DNA of 64,000 nt, taken from Andalucia godoyi And28. Its lineage: Eukaryota > Protista > Jakobida. The stretch covers positions 215,222 to 279,221 of the forward strand of contig VRVR01000038.1 in assembly GCA_009859145.1 (NCBI GenBank), in the 5' to 3' direction. The translations under genes were made by a program, and so were the position numbers. Each line of letters starts with the position of its first letter. Positions within the stretch are counted from its first letter, which is position 1. This document shows positions 11,301 through 19,437 of the stretch, in pieces. The notes beneath the pieces are model-generated. The model was not told the DNA's origin. It saw only the letters and a program-made list of their open reading frames with translations, and made no database searches.

Positions 11301-13003
11301 CGGCGGAGTCACATGATATGCAGGGTTTGCAGTCCACGGCTTCTCCGCTGGAGCATACCGCAAATTCGGTGCAGAGGATGCAGTCGAAAGGTAAGCCATC
11401 GAATGATGATATCGAGCTGGACGAACTTCTTGCCGAAGACACTTCACACGTCTCGCTGTCTCATCTTAACGGGGATAGTTCAGCCGGAGAAGCGGGATCC
11501 TCTGGGGTAAAAGGTGGAAAGACCTCTCTTGTTCAGACACGCCTCTGCTTCGATCAGCGTGTCGCGGACCCAGAAGCAACGCCCAAGTCGAGGCCGCAAC
11601 TTGTGAATGCGAGAGCCACTGCAAATGGAGCGAAATCAGATCGCTTGCAAACAGCAGCAACATCATCATCAACTTTATCGCCATCGGCATCGGCTTCTCT
11701 GGATCGAGAGCTGGCTGAGATTCTGAATGAACTCGAAAACTTCGATGCAGTTCCGCTGACGACGCGCGACACTGAGGAACGGCAACAACAACGGCCACCA
11801 TCTGACGAAACTCGGCGGCCAGAAGCGGCTGCTCATAAACCTCAGTCGGCTGCGCCTCCGAGCTTGCTGCTCAGGAAGCTTGCCTCTATCAATCCTTTGA
11901 GAGGACAGCGCTCGTCGCAGAGTGCATCCATCGGAGGCAAAGCAGGCAGCGCCAATCCGTATACCCGAGGCTCGGTCACTCAAATGGCGGTTCCGACTGA
12001 TGCTGCGTCGCATCAGGTCCCAGAAAATGCGCTCGAGAATCGTGGATTTGGTCGAGTGCCTGAAATGTCATACCAGCAGCCACCGTTTGCAAAGCGCTTG
12101 AGGCAGCAAATTCCCGAAACGGAGATGGGAAGCGATGCTTGTGAATCGTACGCTTTCAGCCGAGAGGATGATTCCGAAGTGCGATATTCCTCATCGACTT
12201 CCGCATCCAAAAAGTCCACTGAGGACTTGGCGCGCAGTGTTCTGCTCAAACGGACGGATGCAGGACCGTTGCCGCAGTATTCTTGGAGGCTGCGATCCAA
12301 GGGAGATGCGCTTTCGGCTTTGCAAAGGTCGATGCACAGTGCTTCACAACTCGAGTCCTCTTTGGATCCGATGCCTGGTCGCAGCTCTGGAATCGCAGCT
12401 CGCAGTCTGCAGTTCTCCTTGTCTGCGAAGGACGCTGGTTGTCGTGAAGCGGGCTTTGAAGAACCGCTGGAGCGTTTCGAATTAAACAGTGCCGTTCCGT
12501 ATCTCTCCTTTGCAGAGACAAGATACCGGCAACAGCAACAGCAACAGCAACAGCAGCCACAACCACAACATCCACCCCAATCGCAGCCGCAGCACGGCAG
12601 TACATGGAATGCCTACCCCGGCGGAGTTCCGCAGCACCTCCCTGAATGGGGAGCGCAGGACACGTTCATGTATGATTCTCACGGTTGGTCCGGGCATTCA
12701 GGTCAAGTCTGTGCACCGCTGGCACCAACCGAGCCGTACCGTCCGATGCCCCGAGGTCCGTTCGCAGCACAATTTCAGTCTGCTTCGTTTCGTCCTCATG
12801 CGTCAAGAACGATGGATGTTTTCGAGCATCCGGAGCCCCTGGGGCGTGATCGTGCCATCCGCATGATGGAAGCTCACGCGTATCAGAAGGCAAAACCAGC
12901 ACGCCCTCGTGCTAATTTGGGCGTCCTCGGCAAGCCCTCTGCGGCTCCATTGCACAGTCCTCAGCGGGAGCATTTCCAAAATCCGTTCGGTCGTCATCGG
13001 TAG
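8369..13003 (+). CDS. HFM1: Meiotic DExH helicase MER3/HFM1 with Sec63 domain and long disordered tail
   Basis: FNKMQS, APTGCGKT, TTPEKWD, IDEVHLL..RGATLEA, LSATIPN, LAQGVNLPA, QMIGRAGRP, IESNLH..LIEHINAEI, Sec63 region; no second helicase cassette, unlike Brr2/ASCC3. Confidence 0.9.
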   Translation: MSNSSRRLHSENPFESTENDSNYYNPQSMYEDDSQFQESGFGAAGHEDFAATQVSAPVPARPKPLHTSEPSSWRREAAPEIVDGLLAIPPEIRNAFNYNYFNKMQSEVFDKVYNTDESMVVGAPTGCGKTVVFELALLRLFCSLRTADAKAIYIAPLKSIVQEKETDWNERLGSFGISCVSVTGDSEIDDVAETKKAQVILTTPEKWDSLTRRWREKGNSSASIVAKTSLVMIDEVHLLNEDRGATLEAIVSRMKIIMKSALMQGKLTSRLRMIALSATIPNIDDLGEWIGAGAEFVCRFGEEYRPVKVEIDVQSFLQDRNDYLFDRNLMYKVFPIIQQQSAGKPTLVFVGTRKGTSETATKILEAAGNDYFVRDPDQRKELERSSAEIQDTVQRELLLHGVACYHSGMEAQDRRIIEKQFLSGNIRVLVSTSSLAQGVNLPAYLVIVKNTKQYENGKMENLPRSAILQMIGRAGRPGFETSGRAVILTSRQTERMYINLASNAETIESNLHRNLIEHINAEICLRTITTVPLALEWLRSTFYFIRVKKAPAKYGLSDTSAMAEIVYSLEKMIGDHLKQLKEHELAMMEDTSLAVAPTDFGILMARYYLTFATMVSFEDVKNSSNLSDLLWVVSRAFEYGEGIVRQTEKKLLNQLNNDGKLPGAPRKKRKRASASGASGGEGEEADRQPATAPAVSAESVGLRFPIPSKIKTVEEKINVLIQSSFSRKAIDDFSLKMEATSIMQQAERVSRCLVDYCLLKRFGNASVDAIILQKCFRQRMWEVSPYVTAQLEGIGESLSKSLASAGVATFQDLEEADPRKLEAVTHRNPPFGTQLKAQYFSIPQYSCTMFQTGAHAADFKDHHAITISVRALRKEEFNTHTTAGNSRSKARNVKRKYHYIIVVSSGGDLLYSAKFCSSADEASSKLFQFAVRKADPKGPKITVHCISEDTIGLDSQRYLNVVYPPRLIEEASNTAPHAAESHDMQGLQSTASPLEHTANSVQRMQSKGKPSNDDIELDELLAEDTSHVSLSHLNGDSSAGEAGSSGVKGGKTSLVQTRLCFDQRVADPEATPKSRPQLVNARATANGAKSDRLQTAATSSSTLSPSASASLDRELAEILNELENFDAVPLTTRDTEERQQQRPPSDETRRPEAAAHKPQSAAPPSLLLRKLASINPLRGQRSSQSASIGGKAGSANPYTRGSVTQMAVPTDAASHQVPENALENRGFGRVPEMSYQQPPFAKRLRQQIPETEMGSDACESYAFSREDDSEVRYSSSTSASKKSTEDLARSVLLKRTDAGPLPQYSWRLRSKGDALSALQRSMHSASQLESSLDPMPGRSSGIAARSLQFSLSAKDAGCREAGFEEPLERFELNSAVPYLSFAETRYRQQQQQQQQQPQPQHPPQSQPQHGSTWNAYPGGVPQHLPEWGAQDTFMYDSHGWSGHSGQVCAPLAPTEPYRPMPRGPFAAQFQSASFRPHASRTMDVFEHPEPLGRDRAIRMMEAHAYQKAKPARPRANLGVLGKPSAAPLHSPQREHFQNPFGRHR

Positions 13004-13327
13004 CCTTTCGAACAGTGTTTTGAGAGTCTCCCTGCTGTTGCTGCTGTTGCTGCTTTCCTCAGCTTCATCCTCATCGTGTCCTTCATCAGCTTCATTACAT
13101 CGACGACTTTATTAATTAATCTTTTGGTGGTCCGGTGCGGCTATCACAGGAAGAAAAAAAAAAGAGAAAAAGAAAAACAGAAAAACAAGAAACCAGGGCA
13201 TATCCGTTTGTTCATTTCTTCCCCTTCCCTTCTCTTTCCGGCCCAACGTCTTGTCGTCAATTTACAAAAACGAAAAGCGAAACGCCTTCGCGTCCAATCT
13301 ACAACACCAATCACAATCCAAGGATTC

Positions 13328-13738
13328 TCAGTGGGACTTCCCCGGTTGCATCGATCTAGCTTTTCGTTCTTGCTCCAGCCTATCAATTTCTGCCTTTTCC
13401 TTGAGCATCATTCGTTGTCTGTGCATTTCCGTGTTAAACCGCGGTGCTGCATATAGCTTGTCTCCGTCGGAGCCAAGCACCGAAACTCCCGGCACACGAA
13501 TTCCCCAGTTCTTCTCCAAGTGCAAAGAAAGATCCTTCACCTCCAAGGTCGACGAATTTCGATGTCGAGCAAGCGAGGACGCTCCCGACACAACAGAGTC
13601 AATGAAGTCATCGGCAATTTCCAAAAGCGCAGTCTCGACCGCCGGCTCCAGCGTGTGGTACTGTGACAGCTGTTCTAGAAGATTCTGCAGCTTTGGTCGA
13701 TCGAGTATGTGGGGAACCGAAGCCACTTCATCCGACAT
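13328..13738 (-). CDS. TAF12: TFIID subunit 12 (histone fold)
   Basis: KLQNLLEQL..LEPAVETALLEIADDFIDSVVSGASSLARHRNSSTLEVKDLSLHLEKNWGIRVPG; ATG at 13738. Confidence 0.88.
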   Translation of the reverse strand: MSDEVASVPHILDRPKLQNLLEQLSQYHTLEPAVETALLEIADDFIDSVVSGASSLARHRNSSTLEVKDLSLHLEKNWGIRVPGVSVLGSDGDKLYAAPRFNTEMHRQRMMLKEKAEIDRLEQERKARSMQPGKSH

Positions 13739-14054
13739 ATTGCTTGCGATCTCACGCGCCACTGCACACCCCACGCAAAAACGCACGCACACAAACACAC
13801 GCGAACGAGTCAAAAGAGAGAAAAAGAGGGTGAAAGAAAGGGAGAGAATGGGGGAAAAGGCTTGAAAAAGAATGGGAAAACTTGAGGATTGAGAGACTCG
13901 AGTTTTCACTACAGCCGCTGAAGAGTGGGCAGCGGGGGAAGACGCCTTTGATTCCGCGCACTCTCGTTTACGCACTGAGCAACGGTGTGTGGGGTCACTG
14001 TTTACATGCTGAATTACTGTACTGTGCTTTGCTGTGCTGCGGAGGGGCTCGCTG

Positions 14055-15776
14055 CTAACGTGCGCGCTGTTGCGATGTCAACAGCGAAGCGATTTTCATG
14101 GGAAGCAAACTTGCCATTTGCCTCGAGATATCAACCTCGGCAGGAAGCAAGCCTGTCTTGAAACGATCTTCGTACTCAACGACCCACGAAAACATGTCCC
14201 TGGACTTGGAGAGATATTCGGGAGACGGAACTTTGCCGTACACGCGAGCCAAATGAAACTTTGAAATCATGACTGCCTCTTCGGAATCCTGCGCGTATCT
14301 CCCGTCCTTTGGAGTGAACGACTCTACAAACTTTGTGTACATATCAAGCGACTTATTGATGGTTGCGATCGCCGGCTTGACTTCTGCAATCGACGAGTAG
14401 ATCTCCCCGAGCTCAAACCACAATTGACGCAACAGCGAAGTGTAGTGCTGCGGATTTAGTTGGGAAACAATCGGCTCCAGTGCCGCGCATCTTCGCTTGT
14501 GCATTGCGACCACGCGCTCCGGATCTGCTTCAAACGAGAGCAAGGCCTTGTACAGAAGAGATATATCCTGTGCTATGGATGTGTAGTCCGTGACGTATCC
14601 ATCCAGGACATAGAATTCCTGTGCCTTTGTGAATCCATACAACGCCTTGCGAAACACCACTCGCGCATCCTCAAAGCTGCTGATCGCAGGAATATCCAGA
14701 CTTGGTTTCGGAATCCCCAGCTCTGCGGAAAAGTCGTCAAGAATCCACTCTTTGTGCACGTGCCATGCAACCCGCATTTCCTCTTCAAAAATCTGTGGCT
14801 CGTCCTTGCGCAGTGCCTCCATCTTCATTCTCCACAGCCAAAACTTTCCTCTTGCCAAATGCAAATTTGCTTGCGTCACGTCGTTCACCTTGAACCCTTC
14901 ATTCGACTGACCTTCACTTGCAGCCCGGGCATTGAGGATGACCTTTTCCGCGGCGTTCAGGCAGTGTTCGCATTCGGCAAATGCGTTCCGCTGCAAATAG
15001 TACCCAGAGAGATACACTGCGTTGTCCGCCCATTCACAAACATCGTATTTTGGAAGCGAGAGCTGCGATTTCATTGTCATGCGGATGAAGTGCGCCGCCT
15101 CGTCCTTTTGACCTCGGTACGACAGAACCTGTGCAAGATAGAACGCACTCTGCGCGTTCTGCTTCACGCGCAACGCACATCGCAAATACGCCTCGGCCTT
15201 GTCCAGTTCTGACCGGTTGTTCCATAATATACCCATGGTGTTCAGCCCGTCTAGAACAACATCCAGCTCGCCGCCGCTTATACTCGCGCTCTCACCGTGA
15301 GTGTTAGTGTTGGTGTTGGTGTCGATGACGGTGTCGATGACGGAGTCGGTGTCGGTGTCAATGTCGGACTTGCCAGTACCGGCTCGAGCAGCCTCAGAGG
15401 GCGGTGGTGAAGGGGAAGCGAGAATGTCGAGATTCAGAGCCCCTGCATAGAACCGTAGACCATCCGACAGAACCGCCTCACCAGTCCCGGTCTCTTCACA
15501 GTCAATCATGTTTTCACCGACCTTGATGCTAACCAGCGCGCGAAACTGTGCATTGGATTGCACAACGGACGACTGAAGCAGCGTTTCAAGCAGCCTTCGA
15601 GACTCGTACTTTTGCGCAAACGGAGTCTCTGCAGCCGCAGGCTGGTTTCCAAGCGCCTCCAGCTCTTCTATCTTGCCAAGCAGCGCACAAAGCGTCGATG
15701 GAACCACCACCTCCTCTCTACCCTCACCTCCGTCTCCAGGACTCTGCCTGGACGCCGTCGGCTCACTCTCCGACAT
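14055..15776 (-). CDS. KIFBP: KIF-binding protein (KBP/KIAA1279-like, TPR-like)
   Basis: NTMGILW, FYLAQV, FYVLDGYVTDYTSIAQDIS.LY, MHKRR..LE.I...LNPQHY..L.RQLWFELGEIYS match KBP conserved blocks. Confidence 0.8.
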   Translation of the reverse strand: MSESEPTASRQSPGDGGEGREEVVVPSTLCALLGKIEELEALGNQPAAAETPFAQKYESRRLLETLLQSSVVQSNAQFRALVSIKVGENMIDCEETGTGEAVLSDGLRFYAGALNLDILASPSPPPSEAARAGTGKSDIDTDTDSVIDTVIDTNTNTNTHGESASISGGELDVVLDGLNTMGILWNNRSELDKAEAYLRCALRVKQNAQSAFYLAQVLSYRGQKDEAAHFIRMTMKSQLSLPKYDVCEWADNAVYLSGYYLQRNAFAECEHCLNAAEKVILNARAASEGQSNEGFKVNDVTQANLHLARGKFWLWRMKMEALRKDEPQIFEEEMRVAWHVHKEWILDDFSAELGIPKPSLDIPAISSFEDARVVFRKALYGFTKAQEFYVLDGYVTDYTSIAQDISLLYKALLSFEADPERVVAMHKRRCAALEPIVSQLNPQHYTSLLRQLWFELGEIYSSIAEVKPAIATINKSLDMYTKFVESFTPKDGRYAQDSEEAVMISKFHLARVYGKVPSPEYLSKSRDMFSWVVEYEDRFKTGLLPAEVDISRQMASLLPMKIASLLTSQQRAR

Positions 15777-16264
15777 ATCCTCCCACCTCTTCTCCTCCTC
15801 CAGGTCACACAACAGCAAATGCAAACCAAAACACAACAACAACAACAAAACTCACAGAACAAATCAGAAAAAAACCCCAAAACAATCAAGCAAAACACGA
15901 AAATCACTTTCGAAAAGAAAAAAGGAAATAATCTGAGCCGTGTGTCGTGTCGTACTGTAGTCAGCAGTCCGAACCACCCTTTGGTGAAGGCCAGCCACCC
16001 GTCGTAGCAAGCTGCTCTTCCTAAAGTCTTTTAATCCCGGTTTTCATCTTCTTTTCCTTTTTTCCTTTTTCTCTCACTTTCTTTTATACCTTTTTTTTTT
16101 TTTTGAAGTTTAGTTTTCCTGAAGAACAGCTAAGCGCAATTGTCGTATCCGGGTTGAGAGAGAGAGAGAGAGAGGGAAAGGCTAGAAACACATACAAGGA
16201 AATAACAGTGACCATTGCTGTACGACGACTGCTTTAAGTACTCATCAATTATTGTTTATTTATT

Positions 16265-18808
16265 ATGGAACAATCAAAGCTGTCGATTGTGCTGGGATGT
16301 CGAGACCTGAAAGACATGAAGGAGGATTTGTTGGCTCAAATCGAGCGGGTCGATGACGAAATCACTAAATGTGAAGTTGAAATTGCCACGTTGCGCAAGC
16401 AGCAATCCCTGCATTATAACAGTGGATCGATGTCGGCTGTTGGAAACATGGCCGATTGTTCCTCCTCTTCTACCTCCTCATCGTCGTCATCATCATCGTC
16501 GTCATCGTCATTGCCGTCGTCTGCGGTGGCAATGCCGTCCAGTACGCCATTTATGGTGCTGACACCTTCTCGGACACCTTCTACACCGAGATTTCCAACA
16601 TTTACGGTGTTCAAAAAGCAGCAAGAAGAGCTTGGGTCGGTTGTGCAGAGGATATATGATGCCAATCGGAAGCTTTCGCTGCGGTCGCGAAATGAAATGC
16701 CGTTTCCGCCTGTGGATCCGAGCACCTTGAAGCCGATCTTGTATCGCGAGCCCAGCGAAATTCCGATATGGCGCGAAACGACGCGTGTTCACGAGCTTGT
16801 GAAGGAGCGTTGCAAGCCAATTATTCTTTCTCGAGTAATTGCACGAAAAAGAAAGGAGCGACGACTTACGGAAATCTACAAGCGACGGGAAATCATTTGG
16901 ATGCAGACGATCAGGAAGCAAGAGAAGAAGATGCAGAAGCAGATTCAGAGAACGGGAGAAGATATGATTGCTACGTACATGGATGAAATGGGATCTTCGT
17001 ACGTGGAGGAGTTTGAGATGGACGAGGTTTCTGCATCGAGAAAGAAGAAATCAATCATGTCATCGGACCATCGATCACTGCCGTCGACGGGTGAGCATGG
17101 CACGGATGCTGGGAATTCAGCGGCGCAGTCCAGTGCTGGTAGTGGCGGTGATAAGAGTGGCTCCTATGGGACGTACATGTCTTCGCATGCGGATCAGCCA
17201 CAATCGTACTGCGAACGCATGGAAAGGTATGATATGGTGCGAGCAAGGTGTCCGCCGCAGATTGGCGATGCGATGTTCGTCTCAAAGAACTCTCTTGTCG
17301 AGGACTGCCTGGCAGACAATCAGTTCCACCGTGCCAAGGAGACGAATTGGTCCGATGATGAGAAGCGCGTCTTCCTCGAAAAGTATGTAATGTATCCAAA
17401 GCAGTTCCGGAGAATCGCCACATTTCTTCCCAACAAGAACGTGTATGACTGCGTTGTCTACTATTTCAACCACAAGCATGTTCTCGGCCTGAAAAGCAAG
17501 GTTCAAGCTGCGAGCTCAAGTATCCGGAAACGCTTGCTCGAAGAAAGCAAGGAGCAGCAGCAAGGTCTGTCCACCCCTGTGCCTCAGACTCCAGGAAGTG
17601 CAATGCAGATGAGTGTTTTTGGATCCCTTCATTCGTCGTCTTCTATATCCTCTGCTTCAAATTCCAATGTCGTTCCGGTTCTCGGTGCACCGTTCTCTTC
17701 TTCCATGTTTCCGTTTGCCCCGTCTTTTCCTACCTCTTCATCGACAGTATCCTTTCCGTCGTCTGCACAGCCGACAGCTGCGGGAACCGCAGCAACGTCT
17801 GCCTCGTCCTCGTCTTCGATTGTTGGCCCTTTATTCAACCTGCAAACCGACACCCATTCGTCGATTGGCTCCGTCGTTGGTGCTGCTGCTGGTGGTGCCA
17901 GTGGTGTTGGTGTTGGTGTTGCGTCTGCGTCAGGCTTGAGACAAGGCGAACCACCTCGGAAGCGATCGCTGTTGGTGTTTTATCCTGTTGAGAAGATGCA
18001 CTACGGGTTCAAAGTCGAGGCTGGGCCGTTGGAGTCGCAGCTTCATGCACTATCATGTCTTCAAAGTTCTCTTCATACCTCGCAATTTGTTGCAAAGCAG
18101 GAGTCTTCGAACCCGCTGATCGTGGCCAATCCGGCGAATGGAAACCTTCTTGGAACCTCGCTCGTGTTTGGAAGCAGCGTGTCGACGGTCGGGCTTGACT
18201 CCTCTGCGTTTCCCATTGATGACATCTTCTCGGATTCTGACTGCTGCTCCGAGTCTGGCCACGGAGTGTCGGGAGAATTCGACAGTGTTGAGCACGAAAC
18301 GGTTCTTCAGGAGGATGGCGAAGACGTTTCTTCCCGGTGGCTTCCCCACGAAAAGGACATGTTTTTGGCCCTTGTTCGCGAGCATGGGAAAGACTTTTCT
18401 TCCATATCTACCAAAATCAAGACGAAGAGCGCAGCGCAATGCAAGAACTTTTTCCACAATTACCGCCGACGATACAATCTTGATGATACGCTTTCCGCCC
18501 CCGACTCGGCCTCGGTTCCCAACGCGGTATCGGCGCCAGCCACGCAGTTTGCAGTTCAGAAGGAGACCGTTTCCATGGGAAGTTCCAATTCCATCTTGAA
18601 CCGCAAGGGCCGGGCAGGAACGACTTGGAGCAATGAAGAAAAGAACAAGTTTATGGAGTTGCTCAAAATACACGGGAAAGACTGGATTGCCATCCAGCGA
18701 GAGATTCCAGGCAAGGAACTGAATCAGATCCAAAACTGGTTCCAGAACAACCGAGTCCGTTTACACCTCGATGAGCTCGTCCAGTCACGAAAGACTGGGC
18801 CAAAGTAG
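16265..18808 (+). CDS. N-CoR/SMRT/Snt1-like corepressor with N-terminal coiled coil and three SANT domains
   Basis: KEDLLAQIERVDDEITKCE coiled coil; SANT1 WSDDEKRVFLEKYVMYPKQFRRIA..LPNKNVYDCVVYY; SANT2 WLPHEKDMF...KTKSAAQCKNFF; SANT3 WSNEEKNKF. Confidence 0.75.
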   Translation: MEQSKLSIVLGCRDLKDMKEDLLAQIERVDDEITKCEVEIATLRKQQSLHYNSGSMSAVGNMADCSSSSTSSSSSSSSSSSSLPSSAVAMPSSTPFMVLTPSRTPSTPRFPTFTVFKKQQEELGSVVQRIYDANRKLSLRSRNEMPFPPVDPSTLKPILYREPSEIPIWRETTRVHELVKERCKPIILSRVIARKRKERRLTEIYKRREIIWMQTIRKQEKKMQKQIQRTGEDMIATYMDEMGSSYVEEFEMDEVSASRKKKSIMSSDHRSLPSTGEHGTDAGNSAAQSSAGSGGDKSGSYGTYMSSHADQPQSYCERMERYDMVRARCPPQIGDAMFVSKNSLVEDCLADNQFHRAKETNWSDDEKRVFLEKYVMYPKQFRRIATFLPNKNVYDCVVYYFNHKHVLGLKSKVQAASSSIRKRLLEESKEQQQGLSTPVPQTPGSAMQMSVFGSLHSSSSISSASNSNVVPVLGAPFSSSMFPFAPSFPTSSSTVSFPSSAQPTAAGTAATSASSSSSIVGPLFNLQTDTHSSIGSVVGAAAGGASGVGVGVASASGLRQGEPPRKRSLLVFYPVEKMHYGFKVEAGPLESQLHALSCLQSSLHTSQFVAKQESSNPLIVANPANGNLLGTSLVFGSSVSTVGLDSSAFPIDDIFSDSDCCSESGHGVSGEFDSVEHETVLQEDGEDVSSRWLPHEKDMFLALVREHGKDFSSISTKIKTKSAAQCKNFFHNYRRRYNLDDTLSAPDSASVPNAVSAPATQFAVQKETVSMGSSNSILNRKGRAGTTWSNEEKNKFMELLKIHGKDWIAIQREIPGKELNQIQNWFQNNRVRLHLDELVQSRKTGPK

Positions 18809-18922
18809 CCAATCCTTCTTCTCTTCTCTTCCCAGTGTCCCAGTGTCCCAATGTCCCCGTACACATGCACACATGCACACCTGATCTCCAATTTATCTTA
18901 ACCTCATTAAACGCACACATGC

Positions 18923-19218
18923 ATGACACGAATGTTGCTGCTACGATCCAAAAAAGTTGCTGCCACTAATTGCGATATGATGAAACAATCTAAAGCGCAC
19001 GTATACAAACGCAAAAACGAGCCCGCGACGAGAGCAGCGAAAGTGAAGACGTACCCGTCGACGAGCCAGAGATCAGCTGTGCGAAGGTGGCTCGGCACAG
19101 CGCGCTGGATCTACAACGCAGGCCTCGTGGCCGTCCGCGAAAGAAACGCGTCTCGCTCAACATCAAGGCGCTGCCCGCACTGCTTCTCAACAGTGCTTCT
19201 GAGACTGTGCAGCAACAT
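18923..19218 (+). pseudogene. Fanzor2/TnpB N-terminal relic (copy A): HTH_OrfB_IS605-like domain, frameshifted and truncated
   Basis: KVKTYPSTSQRSAVRRWLGTARWIYNAGL fits the TnpB/Fanzor N-terminal pattern K.R.YPT.EQ...L..W.G.AR..YN. It continues in the -1 frame as LNIKALPALLLNSASETVQQH. 19068-19218 is identical to 55083-55233. Confidence 0.75.
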
Positions 19219-19276
19219 TGATTATGGGTGATCAGCGATGATTATCCGTGGTTAGTGTGCAGTGTAGGTGCACTGC
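19219..19276 (+). ncRNA. Candidate structured element end shared by Fanzor relics A and B
   Basis: GGGTGATCA-GCGA-TGATTATCC (19226-19247) is a 9-bp stem with 2 G-U pairs and a GNRA loop, identical at 55305-55326; a second stem GCAGTG/CACTGC lies at 19259-19276. Confidence 0.3.
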
Positions 19277-19437
19277 TCTATCGAGGTTTTTCTTCCGACC
19301 CAATTTGCCGTGTTTCCTCGCGGATTTTTTCCTCCGTTTCTCTCTCTTTTCTTCATCTTCATCTTCAGGCTGTTTACGGAACCTTTGTGGATGACATATG
19401 CGTCTTGTGATATTCGAGAGTTTCATGCAGACTGGAA

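Noticed and set aside
19130-19150. Programmed -1 ribosomal frameshift in Fanzor copies A and B
   Set aside because: CGCGAAAGAAAC is not a canonical X XXY YYZ slippery site and both frames are truncated; a shared 1-nt deletion is simpler.
18931-19219. 11-bp inverted repeat AATGTTGCTGC (18931-41) / GCAGCAACATT (19209-19) as TIRs of copy A
   Set aside because: The right arm is created by the deletion junction, A/B homology continues beyond it, and no target-site duplication was seen.
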